A stretch of DNA of 64,000 nt from Roseomonas sp. Lineage in GTDB: Bacteria; Pseudomonadota; Alphaproteobacteria; Acetobacterales; Acetobacteraceae. The stretch covers positions 16,346 to 80,345 of the forward strand of contig JADCFN010000056.1 in NCBI GenBank assembly GCA_020249505.1, written 5' to 3'. Numbering within the stretch: the stretch's first letter is position 1; every line of letters starts with the position of its first letter. The notes beneath the pieces were generated by a model that saw only the letters and a program-made list of their open reading frames with translations, had not been told where the DNA came from and did no database searches. Made by a program: the position numbers and the translations under genes. This document shows, one piece after another, positions 29,451-39,048 of this stretch.

Positions 29451-32198
29451 ATGAGCGACGTAGTCGTGGTGGAATCGCCGGCCAAGGCGAAGACAATTGA
29501 AAAATATCTCGGCCGGGATTTCACGGTATTGGCCTCCTATGGCCATGTCCGCGATCTGGAAGAAAAGGATGGCGCGGTCCTGCCGGATCAGGATTTCGCG
29601 ATGCTCTGGGGCAAGGACCCGCGCGGTGAACAGCAGGTGGGCAAGATTGCCTCCGCGCTTAAAGGTGCGAAGCGGCTTTTCCTCGCCACCGACCCGGACC
29701 GCGAAGGGGAAGCGATTTCCTGGCATGTGAAGGATATGCTGGCCGAGCGCGGGGCGCTGAAGGGCAAGCATGTTCAGCGCATCACCTTCAATGAAATCAC
29801 CAAGCGCGCCGTACAATATGCGGTGGCGCATCCGCGCGATTTGGATCAGCCGCTGATCGAAGCCTATCTGGCGCGGCGCGCCCTCGATTATTTGGTGGGC
29901 TATACGCTTTCGCCGGTGCTGTGGCGGAAGCTCCCTGGGTCACGTTCCGCAGGCCGCGTGCAATCCGTGGCCCTTCGCCTGATCTGCGAACGCGAAGCGG
30001 AGATCGAGGCGTTTCGCGCGCGCGAATATTGGTCCATTGAAGGCCGTTTCACCACGGCGGCGGGTGCGCCCTTCACCGCGCGGCTCACGCATCTTGAAGG
30101 CCGCAAGCTCGAGCAATTCGATCTGCCGGATGAAGCGGCGGCGATGCGCGCGAAGAAGCTTGCCGAAGGCGGCCTCTATAGTGTGGCGTCGGTGGAAAAG
30201 CGCCGCGTGCGGCGGAACCCTCCCCCGCCCTTCATGACCTCAACCTTGCAGATGGAAGCATCGCGCAAGCTCGGCATGGGCGCGCAGCAAACCATGCGCA
30301 CCGCTCAGGCTTTGTATGAAGCAGGCCACATCACCTATATGCGGACCGATGGCGTGACCATGGCACGCGAAGCCATTTCCGCCATTCGTGATCACGTGAA
30401 AAGCGAATTCGGGCCGAATTACATGCCCGCCGCGCCGCGCGAATATGCCTCCAAGGCCAAGAACGCGCAGGAAGCGCATGAGGCAATTCGCCCCACGGAC
30501 GTAACGCGCAGCCCGGATACCATGGGCGGCGAATTGGAAGGCCCGCAGGCCAGGCTTTATGATCTGATTTGGAAGCGCGCGGTCGCATCCCAAATGGCCT
30601 CGGCTGAGATGGACCAGACCACGGTGGATATCGCCGCCAAGGATGCCCGCGCGCAATTCCGCGCCACCGGTTCCGTGATTGCCTTTGACGGCTTCCTGAA
30701 GCTTTATCGCGAAGATGAAGATGATCGCGCCGCCGATGCGCGCGCCGGCATCCTGCCAGGTGCGGCGGCAGCCGAGGATGAGGATAGCCGTATCCTGCCA
30801 CCGATGCGGGAGAAGGAAGCGCTCAAGCGCGGTGACATCGCCGCAAGCCAGCATTTCACGCAGCCACCACCGCGCTATTCCGAAGCGTCATTGGTGAAGC
30901 GGCTGGAAGAACTCGGCATTGGCCGGCCTTCCACCTATGCCTCCATCCTGCAACGCTTGCAGGATTTGAAATACGTCACGCTCGAAAAACGGCGCTTTAT
31001 TGCGCAGGATTTGGGGCGCATGGTCACCACCTTCCTGGTGCGGTTTTTCGAGAAATACGTGGATACCGGCTTCACCTCTGCCATGGAGGAAAAGCTTGAT
31101 GAAATCTCCGGTGGTCGTGCCGAATGGCGCGCGGTGATGCATGTTTTCTGGGATGAATTCTCCCGCGCGGTGGAAGCGACCAAGGATCTGAAAGTGCGCG
31201 ATGTGATTGACGCGCTGGATGAGGATTTGGGGCCGCATATCTTCCCCGCGCGCGGCGATGGCACGGACCCGCGCAGCTGCCCAAGCTGTTCCGCCGGGCG
31301 GCTTGGCTTGCGGCTTGGCCGTGGTGGCGCCTTTATCGGGTGTTCGAATTACCCGGAATGCCGCTACACGCGGCCCTTCGGCGTGGGCTCAGCCGATGGC
31401 GAAGGTGCCAGCGCGGATCGCGAATTGGGCAAAGACCCCGCGACTGGCCAGGCGGTCACCATGCGGCGTGGCCCTTATGGCGTTTATGTGCAGCTCGGAG
31501 AGCCCGGCACGGATGCCAAAGGCAAGCCCACCAAGCCGCGCCGCGCGAGTCTGGCTGCCGGGCAGAACCCGGATGGCGTGACGCTGGAAGCGGCCCTTGG
31601 TTTGCTGTCGCTGCCGCGCGTGATTGGCATTGATCCGGAAAGCCAGGAAGAAATCACGGCGGGGCTTGGGCGTTTCGGTGCCTATGTGCGCTGTGGCAGC
31701 ATCTTTAAATCGCTCGACAAGGATGATGATGTACTGACCATCGGGCTCAATCGCGCCATTGCGCTTTTGGCCGATGCACGCTCACGCATTCGTGAATTGG
31801 GACCGCATCCGAAAGACGGGGAGATGGTTGTGGTGCGCAAGGGGCGCTTTGGGCCTTACGCGCAGCATGGGCGGATGGTTGCCAATCTGCCGCGCGATCT
31901 GGCGATGGAAGATGCCGCGCTTGCCGATATGGTCACGCTGCTTGCCGAGAAGGGCAAGGAGATGAAGGCGCGCGGTGCGGCGGCCCGCAAGGGTGCGAAG
32001 GGTGGCGCGCGCAAGGCCGCTGCCGCCCCAGCCGCCGCCAAGCCAGCCACTAAGGCGAAACCGAAAGCCGCGCCAGCCAAGGCGAAGCCAGCCGCGAAAG
32101 CGAAGCCTGCCACGGCAAAGGCCAAGCCCGCCGCCAAGCCGAAGGCCGCGACCACCAAGGCCAAAGCCAAGCCCGCCGCCCGCAAGAGTAGCCGCTAA
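29451..32198 (+). CDS. topA: DNA topoisomerase I with Lys/Ala/Pro-rich C-terminal tail
   Basis: MSDVVVVESPAKAKTIEKYLG Toprim start, active-site region GHITYMRTDG, Zn-ribbon-like CPSC...C..C, and a basic AKP-repeat tail. Confidence 0.97.
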   Translation: MSDVVVVESPAKAKTIEKYLGRDFTVLASYGHVRDLEEKDGAVLPDQDFAMLWGKDPRGEQQVGKIASALKGAKRLFLATDPDREGEAISWHVKDMLAERGALKGKHVQRITFNEITKRAVQYAVAHPRDLDQPLIEAYLARRALDYLVGYTLSPVLWRKLPGSRSAGRVQSVALRLICEREAEIEAFRAREYWSIEGRFTTAAGAPFTARLTHLEGRKLEQFDLPDEAAAMRAKKLAEGGLYSVASVEKRRVRRNPPPPFMTSTLQMEASRKLGMGAQQTMRTAQALYEAGHITYMRTDGVTMAREAISAIRDHVKSEFGPNYMPAAPREYASKAKNAQEAHEAIRPTDVTRSPDTMGGELEGPQARLYDLIWKRAVASQMASAEMDQTTVDIAAKDARAQFRATGSVIAFDGFLKLYREDEDDRAADARAGILPGAAAAEDEDSRILPPMREKEALKRGDIAASQHFTQPPPRYSEASLVKRLEELGIGRPSTYASILQRLQDLKYVTLEKRRFIAQDLGRMVTTFLVRFFEKYVDTGFTSAMEEKLDEISGGRAEWRAVMHVFWDEFSRAVEATKDLKVRDVIDALDEDLGPHIFPARGDGTDPRSCPSCSAGRLGLRLGRGGAFIGCSNYPECRYTRPFGVGSADGEGASADRELGKDPATGQAVTMRRGPYGVYVQLGEPGTDAKGKPTKPRRASLAAGQNPDGVTLEAALGLLSLPRVIGIDPESQEEITAGLGRFGAYVRCGSIFKSLDKDDDVLTIGLNRAIALLADARSRIRELGPHPKDGEMVVVRKGRFGPYAQHGRMVANLPRDLAMEDAALADMVTLLAEKGKEMKARGAAARKGAKGGARKAAAAPAAAKPATKAKPKAAPAKAKPAAKAKPATAKAKPAAKPKAATTKAKAKPAARKSSR
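31975..32195 (+). repeat. Low-complexity (GCC-AAG-CCN)-type coding repeat encoding the TopA K/A/P tail
   Basis: Translation: AAARKGAKGGARKAAAAPAAAKPATKAKPKAAPAKAKPAAKAKPATAKAKPAAKPKAATTKAKAKPAARK. The degenerate short-period repeat generates open shadow frames on both strands. Confidence 0.6.
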
Positions 32199-32199
32199 G

Positions 32200-34464
32200 A
32201 TGCCGCGTCGCGGCCCGCCGGTGAAAGGCCATAAGGCCCGATCCCGCGCCGCTTCCGGCCCGGCGGCCAGCGCCAAGCGTCGCGGCGCGGCGAACCAAGC
32301 TGCTGCGACGACAGGCGAGCTTCCTTCCAAGGCGGCCCTGCGCGGTTTTCTCGCGGAAGCCAAGGGCCGCGTGACAAAATCCGAAATTGCCCGCGCCTTT
32401 GGGCTGAGTACCGATCAGCGCCCGGCACTCCGCCACATGATGCGCGAATTGGCCGAAGAAGGTGGCGCAAGCCCTGCCGGCAAGCGCGCCATCATCGCGC
32501 CGGGCCGCCTGCCTGATATGGCGCCGGTGGAAGTGACCGGCACGGACCCGGATGGCGATCCCATCGCGCGCCCACTGCAATGGGAAGGCGAAGGCCGCCC
32601 ACCGATCATCTATATGCGCCCGGAAGGCAAGGGCCGCCCGGCGCTCGCGGTTGGGGAACGTGTGCTGGCGCGGCTCAAGCCCATCGGCGCCGGCAAATAT
32701 GAAGGCCGCACTTTTAAGCGCATCGCGGGCGGCGCACCGGCGCGCATCCTTGGCGTTTATGAGGAAGGGCGCATCATCCCAACCGATCGGCGCCAGAAGG
32801 GCGAATGGCTGGTCCCGCCCGGTGAGGCGGGAGGTGCCAAGCCAGGCGATATCGTGCTGGCCGAGCCCTTGCCCGCCACGCGGCATTTCGGCCCCAAGCC
32901 TGCGCGGATTATCGAAAGCCTGGGTGTGATGGGCGAACCGCGCTCGGTTTCCCTGATCTGCATCCATGCCCATGGCATTCCCGATGTCTTTCCTGCCGAG
33001 GCGGTCCGCCAAGCCGAAGCGGCGAAGGGTGTGACAGCACGCGGGCGGGTTGATTTGCGCGACCTGCCGCTAGTGACGATTGATGGCGATGATGCACGCG
33101 ATTTCGATGATGCCGTGCATGCCGAACCCGATGGCGTCGGTTGGAAAGTGACGGTCGCCATTGCCGATGTGGCGCATTATGTCGGCCCTGACAGTCATTT
33201 GGACCGCGAAGCCTGGGCGCGCGGCAATTCGGTCTATTTCCCCGATCGCGTGGTGCCCATGCTGCCCGAAGCGCTTTCCAATGGCTGGTGCAGCCTGCGC
33301 CCGCGCGAAGATCGCGGCTGCCTTTTCGTGGAAATGAGCTTTGATGGCGCGGGGCGGAAATCTGGGCATCGCTTCGGGCGCGGCATCATGCGTTCCGCCG
33401 CGCGGCTCACTTACGAACAGGCGCAGGCGAGTTTTGAAGCGGGCGAGGAACCGGAAGGATTGGCTGCTGGCCATATGGCGAGCCTTTACGGCGCCTTCCG
33501 TGCCCTGCTGGCCGCACGCGAAGCACGCGGCACGCTTGATTTGAACCTGCCGGAACGCCGCGTATTGCTGGATGAAAAAGGGCGGGTCAGCGCGGTGGTG
33601 CCGCGTGCGCGGCTCGATTCCCATCGGCTGATTGAGGAATTCATGGTCGCCGCCAATGTCTGCGCGGCAGAAGAACTCGAACGCCTGATCCAGCCCTGCA
33701 TGTACCGGGTGCATGACCGGCCTTCGGATTTGAAGCTGGAAGGGCTCAGGCAATTTTTGCGCAGCCTGGAATTGTCACTCCCGCCCGGTGATCGGCTGCA
33801 TCCGCGCGACTTCGCCGCCTTGCTCGCGCAGGTGAAGGAAAAGCCGGAAGAACGCCTGGTGCATGAAACCGTGCTGCGCAGCCAATCCCAGGCGGCCTAT
33901 GCGCCAGACAATATCGGGCATTTCGGCCTGGCCTTGGCGCGTTATGCGCATTTCACCTCTCCAATTCGGCGCTATGCGGATTTGCTCGTGCATCGCGCGC
34001 TCATCCGCGGCTTGAAGCTTGGCAGCGACGGCTTGGCGGAAGTGGAAGCGGCGCGGTTTTTGGAAACCGGCGAACACATCACCGCGACTGAACGCCGCGC
34101 TGCCGCGGCGGAACGCGATGCGGTTGATCGCTACCTTGCGGCATATATGTCAGAGCGCGTGGGAAATATTTTCGCCGCGCGCATTTCAGGGGTGACACGC
34201 TTCGGACTGTTTGTCACTTTGGATGAGAATGGCGCGAGCGGAATCGTCCCGCTTGGCTCATTGCCGGATGATAGATGGGATCAGGACGAAGCCACGCAAC
34301 GCCTGGCTGGTCGCAGGACGGGTTTGACCTTTACGCTGGGTCAGTCCGTGGAAGTGCGGCTTCGGGAAGCGACTGCGCGCACGGGCGGGATGGTGTTTCA
34401 CATCATGCAGGGCATACCGAAACGCAGTGGTCGGCAGTCGCCGCCGCGACGTGGGCGGCGCTGA
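32200..34464 (+). CDS. rnr: Ribonuclease R
   Basis: ATG lies 2 nt after the topA stop. RNB domain motifs (TIDGDDARDFDDAV, SVYFPDRVVPMLPE, HFGLA...YAHFTSPIRRYADLLVHR), a C-terminal S1 domain and a basic tail. Confidence 0.95.
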   Translation: MPRRGPPVKGHKARSRAASGPAASAKRRGAANQAAATTGELPSKAALRGFLAEAKGRVTKSEIARAFGLSTDQRPALRHMMRELAEEGGASPAGKRAIIAPGRLPDMAPVEVTGTDPDGDPIARPLQWEGEGRPPIIYMRPEGKGRPALAVGERVLARLKPIGAGKYEGRTFKRIAGGAPARILGVYEEGRIIPTDRRQKGEWLVPPGEAGGAKPGDIVLAEPLPATRHFGPKPARIIESLGVMGEPRSVSLICIHAHGIPDVFPAEAVRQAEAAKGVTARGRVDLRDLPLVTIDGDDARDFDDAVHAEPDGVGWKVTVAIADVAHYVGPDSHLDREAWARGNSVYFPDRVVPMLPEALSNGWCSLRPREDRGCLFVEMSFDGAGRKSGHRFGRGIMRSAARLTYEQAQASFEAGEEPEGLAAGHMASLYGAFRALLAAREARGTLDLNLPERRVLLDEKGRVSAVVPRARLDSHRLIEEFMVAANVCAAEELERLIQPCMYRVHDRPSDLKLEGLRQFLRSLELSLPPGDRLHPRDFAALLAQVKEKPEERLVHETVLRSQSQAAYAPDNIGHFGLALARYAHFTSPIRRYADLLVHRALIRGLKLGSDGLAEVEAARFLETGEHITATERRAAAAERDAVDRYLAAYMSERVGNIFAARISGVTRFGLFVTLDENGASGIVPLGSLPDDRWDQDEATQRLAGRRTGLTFTLGQSVEVRLREATARTGGMVFHIMQGIPKRSGRQSPPRRGRR

Positions 34465-36035
34465 GTACGCGCGCCCGCGTCTTTATCCCCCTCGCTGTTC
34501 TGATCCTGCTTTGTGCTGCCGCCCTGCCCTTGGGCGCGGCGCTGGCGCAGGAAGTGCCCCGGGCGCCCGTTCACGAAGCCATCCCCGCCTCCCCGCGTGA
34601 GGAAATGCAGGGCGTTTTCGCCGCCGGCTTCGCCGCCATTCTGGACCGGCATATGGAACGCGCGCTGCCGAGTGATCTGATCACCTGGGCCTTGGCGGGC
34701 TTCACCGCGCATGATCCAAGCCTTCGGGTTGAAAGGCAGGGCCGCGAATTGCGCCTTATCCGCGCGCGCCGCACCCTGATCAGCCGCGCGCTGCCGAGTG
34801 ATTCCACGCGCGGCAAGCCGGAAGCAATTGGCTTGGCAGCGGCCGAAGCCCTGCTGCCGTTTCAGGAGGCCGCCTGGGCGGCCTCTCCGCCCATTCGGGA
34901 TTTCGGGCGGGACCGGTTGCTGCGCGCCAGTTTCAACGCAATTTTTGGCCATCTTGACCCTTTCAGCCGCTATGTGACGCCGGAAGAAGCGCAGCTTGCC
35001 CGCGAACGCCGGCTTGGGCAGGGCAGTGTTGGGCTCAGGCTTGCGGCCCAGCGCGGCCAGGTGGTGGTGGCGGCGGTTACCCCGAATAGTCCGGCGGCCA
35101 GTGGCGGCATTCGTGTTGGTGACCGGCTGGTGACCGTTGATGATGAAATGGTCCTGGCCAATGACCTGGCAGGCGCGGAGCTGCTTTTGGAAGGCGCAGC
35201 CGAGACCGAGGTGACGCTGGTAACCCAGCGCGCCGGACGCAGAAGGAGTGTGACGCTCCGCCGCGTGGCGCAGCGCGTGGAAACCGTGACATCGGCCATG
35301 CGCGATGGGGTGCTGCATCTGCGCCTTTCGGGCTTTACCGCACTCACCTCGGCTCAGGTCGCGGGGTTTGTCGAAGCAGCCTTCGCGGGCGCCAATCCGC
35401 CGCGCGGCCTTGTTTTGGATTTGCGCGGCAATCGCGGCGGGATCCTGACCCAGGCGGTGGCAGTGGCGGATATCTTCCTTGATGCGGGGGAGATTGTGGG
35501 CACGGCCGGGCGCCATCCTGAGGCCAACCGGCGCTACAGCGCATCCGATACGGACCTCGCCCAAGGCCGACCCCTTGTGGTGATGGTAGATGGGCGCACC
35601 GCCTCGGCCGCGGAAATTCTGGCCGCAGCCTTGGCCGAACGTGGCCGGGCGGCGGTGCTTGGTACCGGGACCCAGGGCAAGGGCCTGGTGCAAATCCTGC
35701 TGCCCTTGCCCAATGGCGGTGAATTGCAGTTGAGCTGGTCGCGCATTGTCATGCCATCTGGCTGGCCCTTGCAGGGGGCAGGGCTTTTGCCCGCGCTCTG
35801 CACCGCGGGCGGGGATGAGGCAGCGGCCACCGCCCTGGCAGCGCTGAGGGCCGGGCAGCAGCCCATGGGGGCGGCGCTGGCCAGGCTCCGCGCGCTCCGC
35901 CCACCCGTCTCGGCCTTGGAGGCGAGCGCCTTGCGTGAATTCTGCCCTGGGCTTGATGGGGTGGAGCGGGAGGCGGATTTCGCCCGGGCGCTGGTATTGG
36001 ATGCTAACGCCTATCGGTCAGCGCTGATGCCGTGA
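34461..36035 (+). CDS. S41 family C-terminal processing peptidase (start codon uncertain)
   Basis: PDZ region (GIRVGDRLVTVDD), LDLRGNRGG, DGRTASAAEILAAAL and GKG motifs. The signal peptide (RARVFIPLAVLILLCAAALPLGAALAQ) begins right at the rnr stop. The only in-frame ATG/GTG/TTG upstream of it is the ATG at 34275, which overlaps rnr by 190 nt. CTG at 34461 overlaps the rnr TGA. Confidence 0.8.
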   Translation: MSTRARVFIPLAVLILLCAAALPLGAALAQEVPRAPVHEAIPASPREEMQGVFAAGFAAILDRHMERALPSDLITWALAGFTAHDPSLRVERQGRELRLIRARRTLISRALPSDSTRGKPEAIGLAAAEALLPFQEAAWAASPPIRDFGRDRLLRASFNAIFGHLDPFSRYVTPEEAQLARERRLGQGSVGLRLAAQRGQVVVAAVTPNSPAASGGIRVGDRLVTVDDEMVLANDLAGAELLLEGAAETEVTLVTQRAGRRRSVTLRRVAQRVETVTSAMRDGVLHLRLSGFTALTSAQVAGFVEAAFAGANPPRGLVLDLRGNRGGILTQAVAVADIFLDAGEIVGTAGRHPEANRRYSASDTDLAQGRPLVVMVDGRTASAAEILAAALAERGRAAVLGTGTQGKGLVQILLPLPNGGELQLSWSRIVMPSGWPLQGAGLLPALCTAGGDEAAATALAALRAGQQPMGAALARLRALRPPVSALEASALREFCPGLDGVEREADFARALVLDANAYRSALMP

Positions 36036-36194
36036 GCCGCCAATACCTTAACGCCCGGGCGCCAAATTCGGCATTTGTCCAACGCCTTGCTGGGGCGCAT
36101 CTTCTATTTTTTGGCCTATCCTGGCCAAAAGGCCGTCACGACAAACGCTCAGCCCGTATCTTTGGCCGTCCTATGCCTTGAGGAGGAGGAACCC

Positions 36195-36881
36195 ATGCTC
36201 GACAACCCCCCGCTGCTCACCATTCATCGCGGCCATCGCCGCCCTGACCGCGCGCTGATCGAATCCTTTCGTGGTGCGCAAACATCCCATTTGGTGGATG
36301 CCATGGATGGGCGCGGCGCGCTTGATTACCGCATCAAGCCGATGGACGCTGATAATGCGGTTTTTGTCGGCCCGGCACTGACCGCGCTTGCCTACCCCGC
36401 TGACGTGGTCGGTGTTTTTGGGGCGCTCATGGAAGCCGAAGCGGGCGATGTGATTGTGGTCGCGAATGACGCCTATACCGCAACCGCCGTGATCGGTGAC
36501 CTGGTGGCGGGCATGATGAAGAATAAGGGTGTCGCCGCTTTTGTGACCGATGGTCTGGCGCGCGACCGTGCGGGCATTGTCGCATCCCGCCTGCCGCTTT
36601 TCGCTGCCGGCATTATGCCCGCCTCACCCGCGGCCAATGGGCCGGCCGTGGTGGGCGCGCCAGTGACGCTTGGCGGGCAATATGTGCGCCCGGGCGATAT
36701 CATCGTCGGCGATGCGGATGGCGTTGTTGTTGTACCGCAGGATCAGGCGGAAGCGGTGCTGGAAAAACTCGCCGCCGTACGCGCCGCCGAAGCCCGCGCC
36801 ATTGCCGCCGTGGAAGCGGGTGCGACCGTCAATGACAAGATACGCGCCATCATCGGCAATGCACGGATCATAGCCCAGTAA
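36195..36881 (+). CDS. RraA family protein (4-hydroxy-4-methyl-2-oxoglutarate aldolase / RNase E regulator-like)
   Basis: ATG is preceded by GAGGAGGAGG. RraA-like pattern (DVIVVANDAYTATAVIGDLVAGMMKNKGVAAFVTDGLARD, GDIIVGDADGVVVVP). Confidence 0.85.
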   Translation: MLDNPPLLTIHRGHRRPDRALIESFRGAQTSHLVDAMDGRGALDYRIKPMDADNAVFVGPALTALAYPADVVGVFGALMEAEAGDVIVVANDAYTATAVIGDLVAGMMKNKGVAAFVTDGLARDRAGIVASRLPLFAAGIMPASPAANGPAVVGAPVTLGGQYVRPGDIIVGDADGVVVVPQDQAEAVLEKLAAVRAAEARAIAAVEAGATVNDKIRAIIGNARIIAQ

Positions 36882-36890
36882 AAAACAAGA

Positions 36891-36917
36891 CGCCGCCGAG
36901 GTTTCCCCTGGGCGGCG
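36891..36917 (-). terminator. Hairpin between convergent RraA-like and cytochrome c genes
   Basis: CGCCGCC-N13-GGCGGCG. On the minus strand it is followed by TCTTGTTTTT, so it fits best as the cytochrome c terminator. Confidence 0.45.
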
Positions 36918-36949
36918 CTTTCCGGAAGGCGACCTTTTGGCCGCTTCAA

Positions 36950-37333
36950 TCAATCCTTCTGCTTGGAAAGATAGGCCAGCAAATCCTTCAACTGCTGTTC
37001 ATTGCGCAGCCCGGCAAAGGCCATGGACCCCTGCGGCACAACGGCCTTGGGGTTGGTGATGTAGGCGGTCAGGTTTTCAATCGTCCAAACATGGCCGCCT
37101 TCAGCGATGGTGCGCATATTGGAGGAATAGCGGAAGCCTTCGATCGAAGCCGCCTTGCGGCCCACCACGCCCCAAAGATTGGGGCCAACGCCATTGCGTC
37201 CGCCCTTATCAACGGTGTGGCAGGCACGGCATTGGTTGAACACGCGCTGGCCGGCATCGGCATCCTGCGCAAAGGCTGGCGCTGCGACGGAGAAACCCGC
37301 AAGCAGGGCGGCGGAAAGAAAAAGGCGACGCAT
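36950..37333 (-). CDS. Class I c-type cytochrome (cytochrome c2/c550-like)
   Basis: Signal peptide, CRACH heme-binding motif, and a distal Met ligand region (GSMAFAG). Confidence 0.9.
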   Translation of the reverse strand: MRRLFLSAALLAGFSVAAPAFAQDADAGQRVFNQCRACHTVDKGGRNGVGPNLWGVVGRKAASIEGFRYSSNMRTIAEGGHVWTIENLTAYITNPKAVVPQGSMAFAGLRNEQQLKDLLAYLSKQKD

Positions 37334-37441
37334 CTATCAAGGCTCCCGATAGCTGAAGGCACTGAGCTTCGCATGATGGCGAAAACTGCGGCACAAATCC
37401 GGCATGACGGAAATGGTTGGCTTTGGCAAACCCGCAAGGGT

Positions 37442-38932
37442 TCATGCAGCGCGCATGTCAAGGCTTTCATTTTCTTGCAATAATGCCGCAACAGCTGGCC
37501 GCGCTACGGCCGGGTTGGTGAAGGCCAAATGCAGCCGCCCTTCGGCGCGCGAGACCAAGCGCACGCCAAGCGCAGGCCCCAGCGCTTCAATTTGAAGTTC
37601 GCCTTCCGTGAAATCCGCCGCCCCGCCCAGAAACAACGCGCCGCCGGGCGAAAGGTCCAACAAGACGCCTTCGGTGGCATTCAGCCGGGCGGGCACGCCA
37701 AGGGACAACCGCGCCTCGCCCCGCCGATTGGCGGCCGGCAGGCGCCCGCGCAATGCTTCCCCTAAGGATTGCCGGAAGGCCGCGATGGCATCGGCCAATT
37801 CATCCGCGCCCGATTGCAGAGTCCAGGCGGCCTCTCCGGTATTGCCGGAATCCTGCGTCAGCGCTTCCATCCGATTGGCGACATCGGCTGCATTCTCTGC
37901 CGCACCCATGATGGCGCGGGAGATTTCGGCGGTGGTCGCCGATTGCTCCTCAACCGCTGCCGCGACCGAAGTTGCCACCGCATCAAGCTCGGTTACGGCC
38001 GAACCGATGCCATCCATGGCGGCAAGCGCCCGGCCTGCTGCCGCCTGCATGGCCGCGATACGCCCGGCGATTTCCTCGGTGCTTTGGGCGGTGCGCTTGG
38101 CAAGGTTTTTCACCTCATTGGCGACAACGGTGAAGCCCTTGCCGGCGGTGCCCGCGCGCGCCGCTTCGATGGTCGCATTCAGCGCCAGCAGATTGGTCTG
38201 CCCGGCAATTTCCGCGATCAGACGCGAAACTTGGCCGATTTCATCCACACTGGCGGTGAGTTCGGTGAAGATCCGGCGCGCTTCTTCTGTGCGCTGCATC
38301 ACCCCGCGAGTGGCTTCCCCGGCACGCGACATTTGCTGCGCGATCTCCCCTGCCGCGCCGGCCAGTTCATCGGCGCCGCGAGAAGCCTCCTGCGCGCTGT
38401 GTCGCCCCGAAGCGGCGGCGCTGGCGGAAGCCTCTGCCGCGCGCGCCCCGCCTTCGGCGGCTTCGGTCATGGCCGCGCAATTGCGCCGCAGCATGGCAAC
38501 GCGGCGGTCCAGATCTTCAAGTGCCGCGGCGGTTTCCGCTTCGATGGTGGCGGCCAAATCAGCCAGGGAGCGATCAGGGGGTAGGGCAATCGGGGCTGCA
38601 ATGGCCACCGGGCCAGGCGCTGGGCGCTGGCGCAGGGCTTCGGCGGCGGTCAGGATTTGGCGCCAAGGTCCATCCGCATCTGCCGCCGCAAAGGGGGCCA
38701 CAGGCTCATTTGCCGCCAAGCGGGCTAGCTTGCTGGCAAAGCTGAGCAGCATGGTCCGCTGGCGCCAAAGCGCCCAGGTGGCAAGCAGCAGGCAAATCAG
38801 GAAACCAAAGGCGAGCCCCAAGACAAACCCCGCCGCTTCTCCGGACGCGACTTCCTGCCCCGCCGCGGCCAAATTGGTGCCCGCGAGCAGGATCATCACG
38901 GCAAGGGCTGGTAGGCGAGGCTCAGCTTTCAT
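37442..38932 (-). CDS. Methyl-accepting chemotaxis protein with C-terminal PilZ domain
   Basis: MCP signalling hairpin ([21 protein letters not shown]). The C-terminal approx. 100 aa carry both PilZ c-di-GMP motifs (RRGEAR = RxxxR; DLSPGG = DxSxxG). Confidence 0.9.
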   Translation of the reverse strand: MKAEPRLPALAVMILLAGTNLAAAGQEVASGEAAGFVLGLAFGFLICLLLATWALWRQRTMLLSFASKLARLAANEPVAPFAAADADGPWRQILTAAEALRQRPAPGPVAIAAPIALPPDRSLADLAATIEAETAAALEDLDRRVAMLRRNCAAMTEAAEGGARAAEASASAAASGRHSAQEASRGADELAGAAGEIAQQMSRAGEATRGVMQRTEEARRIFTELTASVDEIGQVSRLIAEIAGQTNLLALNATIEAARAGTAGKGFTVVANEVKNLAKRTAQSTEEIAGRIAAMQAAAGRALAAMDGIGSAVTELDAVATSVAAAVEEQSATTAEISRAIMGAAENAADVANRMEALTQDSGNTGEAAWTLQSGADELADAIAAFRQSLGEALRGRLPAANRRGEARLSLGVPARLNATEGVLLDLSPGGALFLGGAADFTEGELQIEALGPALGVRLVSRAEGRLHLAFTNPAVARPAVAALLQENESLDMRAA

Positions 38933-39048
38933 GGCGCATCCTGGAATCCAGGGGCGTATTCTGACGGCATTTCGCTACGAGGCGGTTAAGGCCCGTGCGG
39001 CGGTACGCGATTGGGGCTAAACATGGCGAAGGATTTAGGAATAACCTT

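Noticed and set aside
31975-32195. Short-period repeat that could be mistaken for a CRISPR-like or tandem-repeat array
   Set aside because: The period is only 3-9 nt and degenerate, with no spacer-sized unique units. It lies in-frame within topA and encodes the basic tail.
31975-32199. 75-codon 5' extension of the rnr ORF overlapping the topA 3' end
   Set aside because: The extension is simply the +1 reading of the TopA K/A/P repeat (PPQPPPSQPLRRNRKPRQPRR...). A conventional ATG at 32200, 2 nt after the topA stop, gives a normal RNase R N-terminus.
34398-35693. 431-aa ORF on the minus strand
   Set aside because: It is antisense to the S41 peptidase, which carries all its family motifs. The composition is typical of non-coding frames in G+C-rich genes.
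37608-39020. 470-aa ORF on the plus strand
   Set aside because: It lies entirely antisense to the well-supported MCP gene. The translation is low-complexity Ala/Ser/Arg/Pro-rich, typical of shadow ORFs in high-G+C DNA, and no motif is present.
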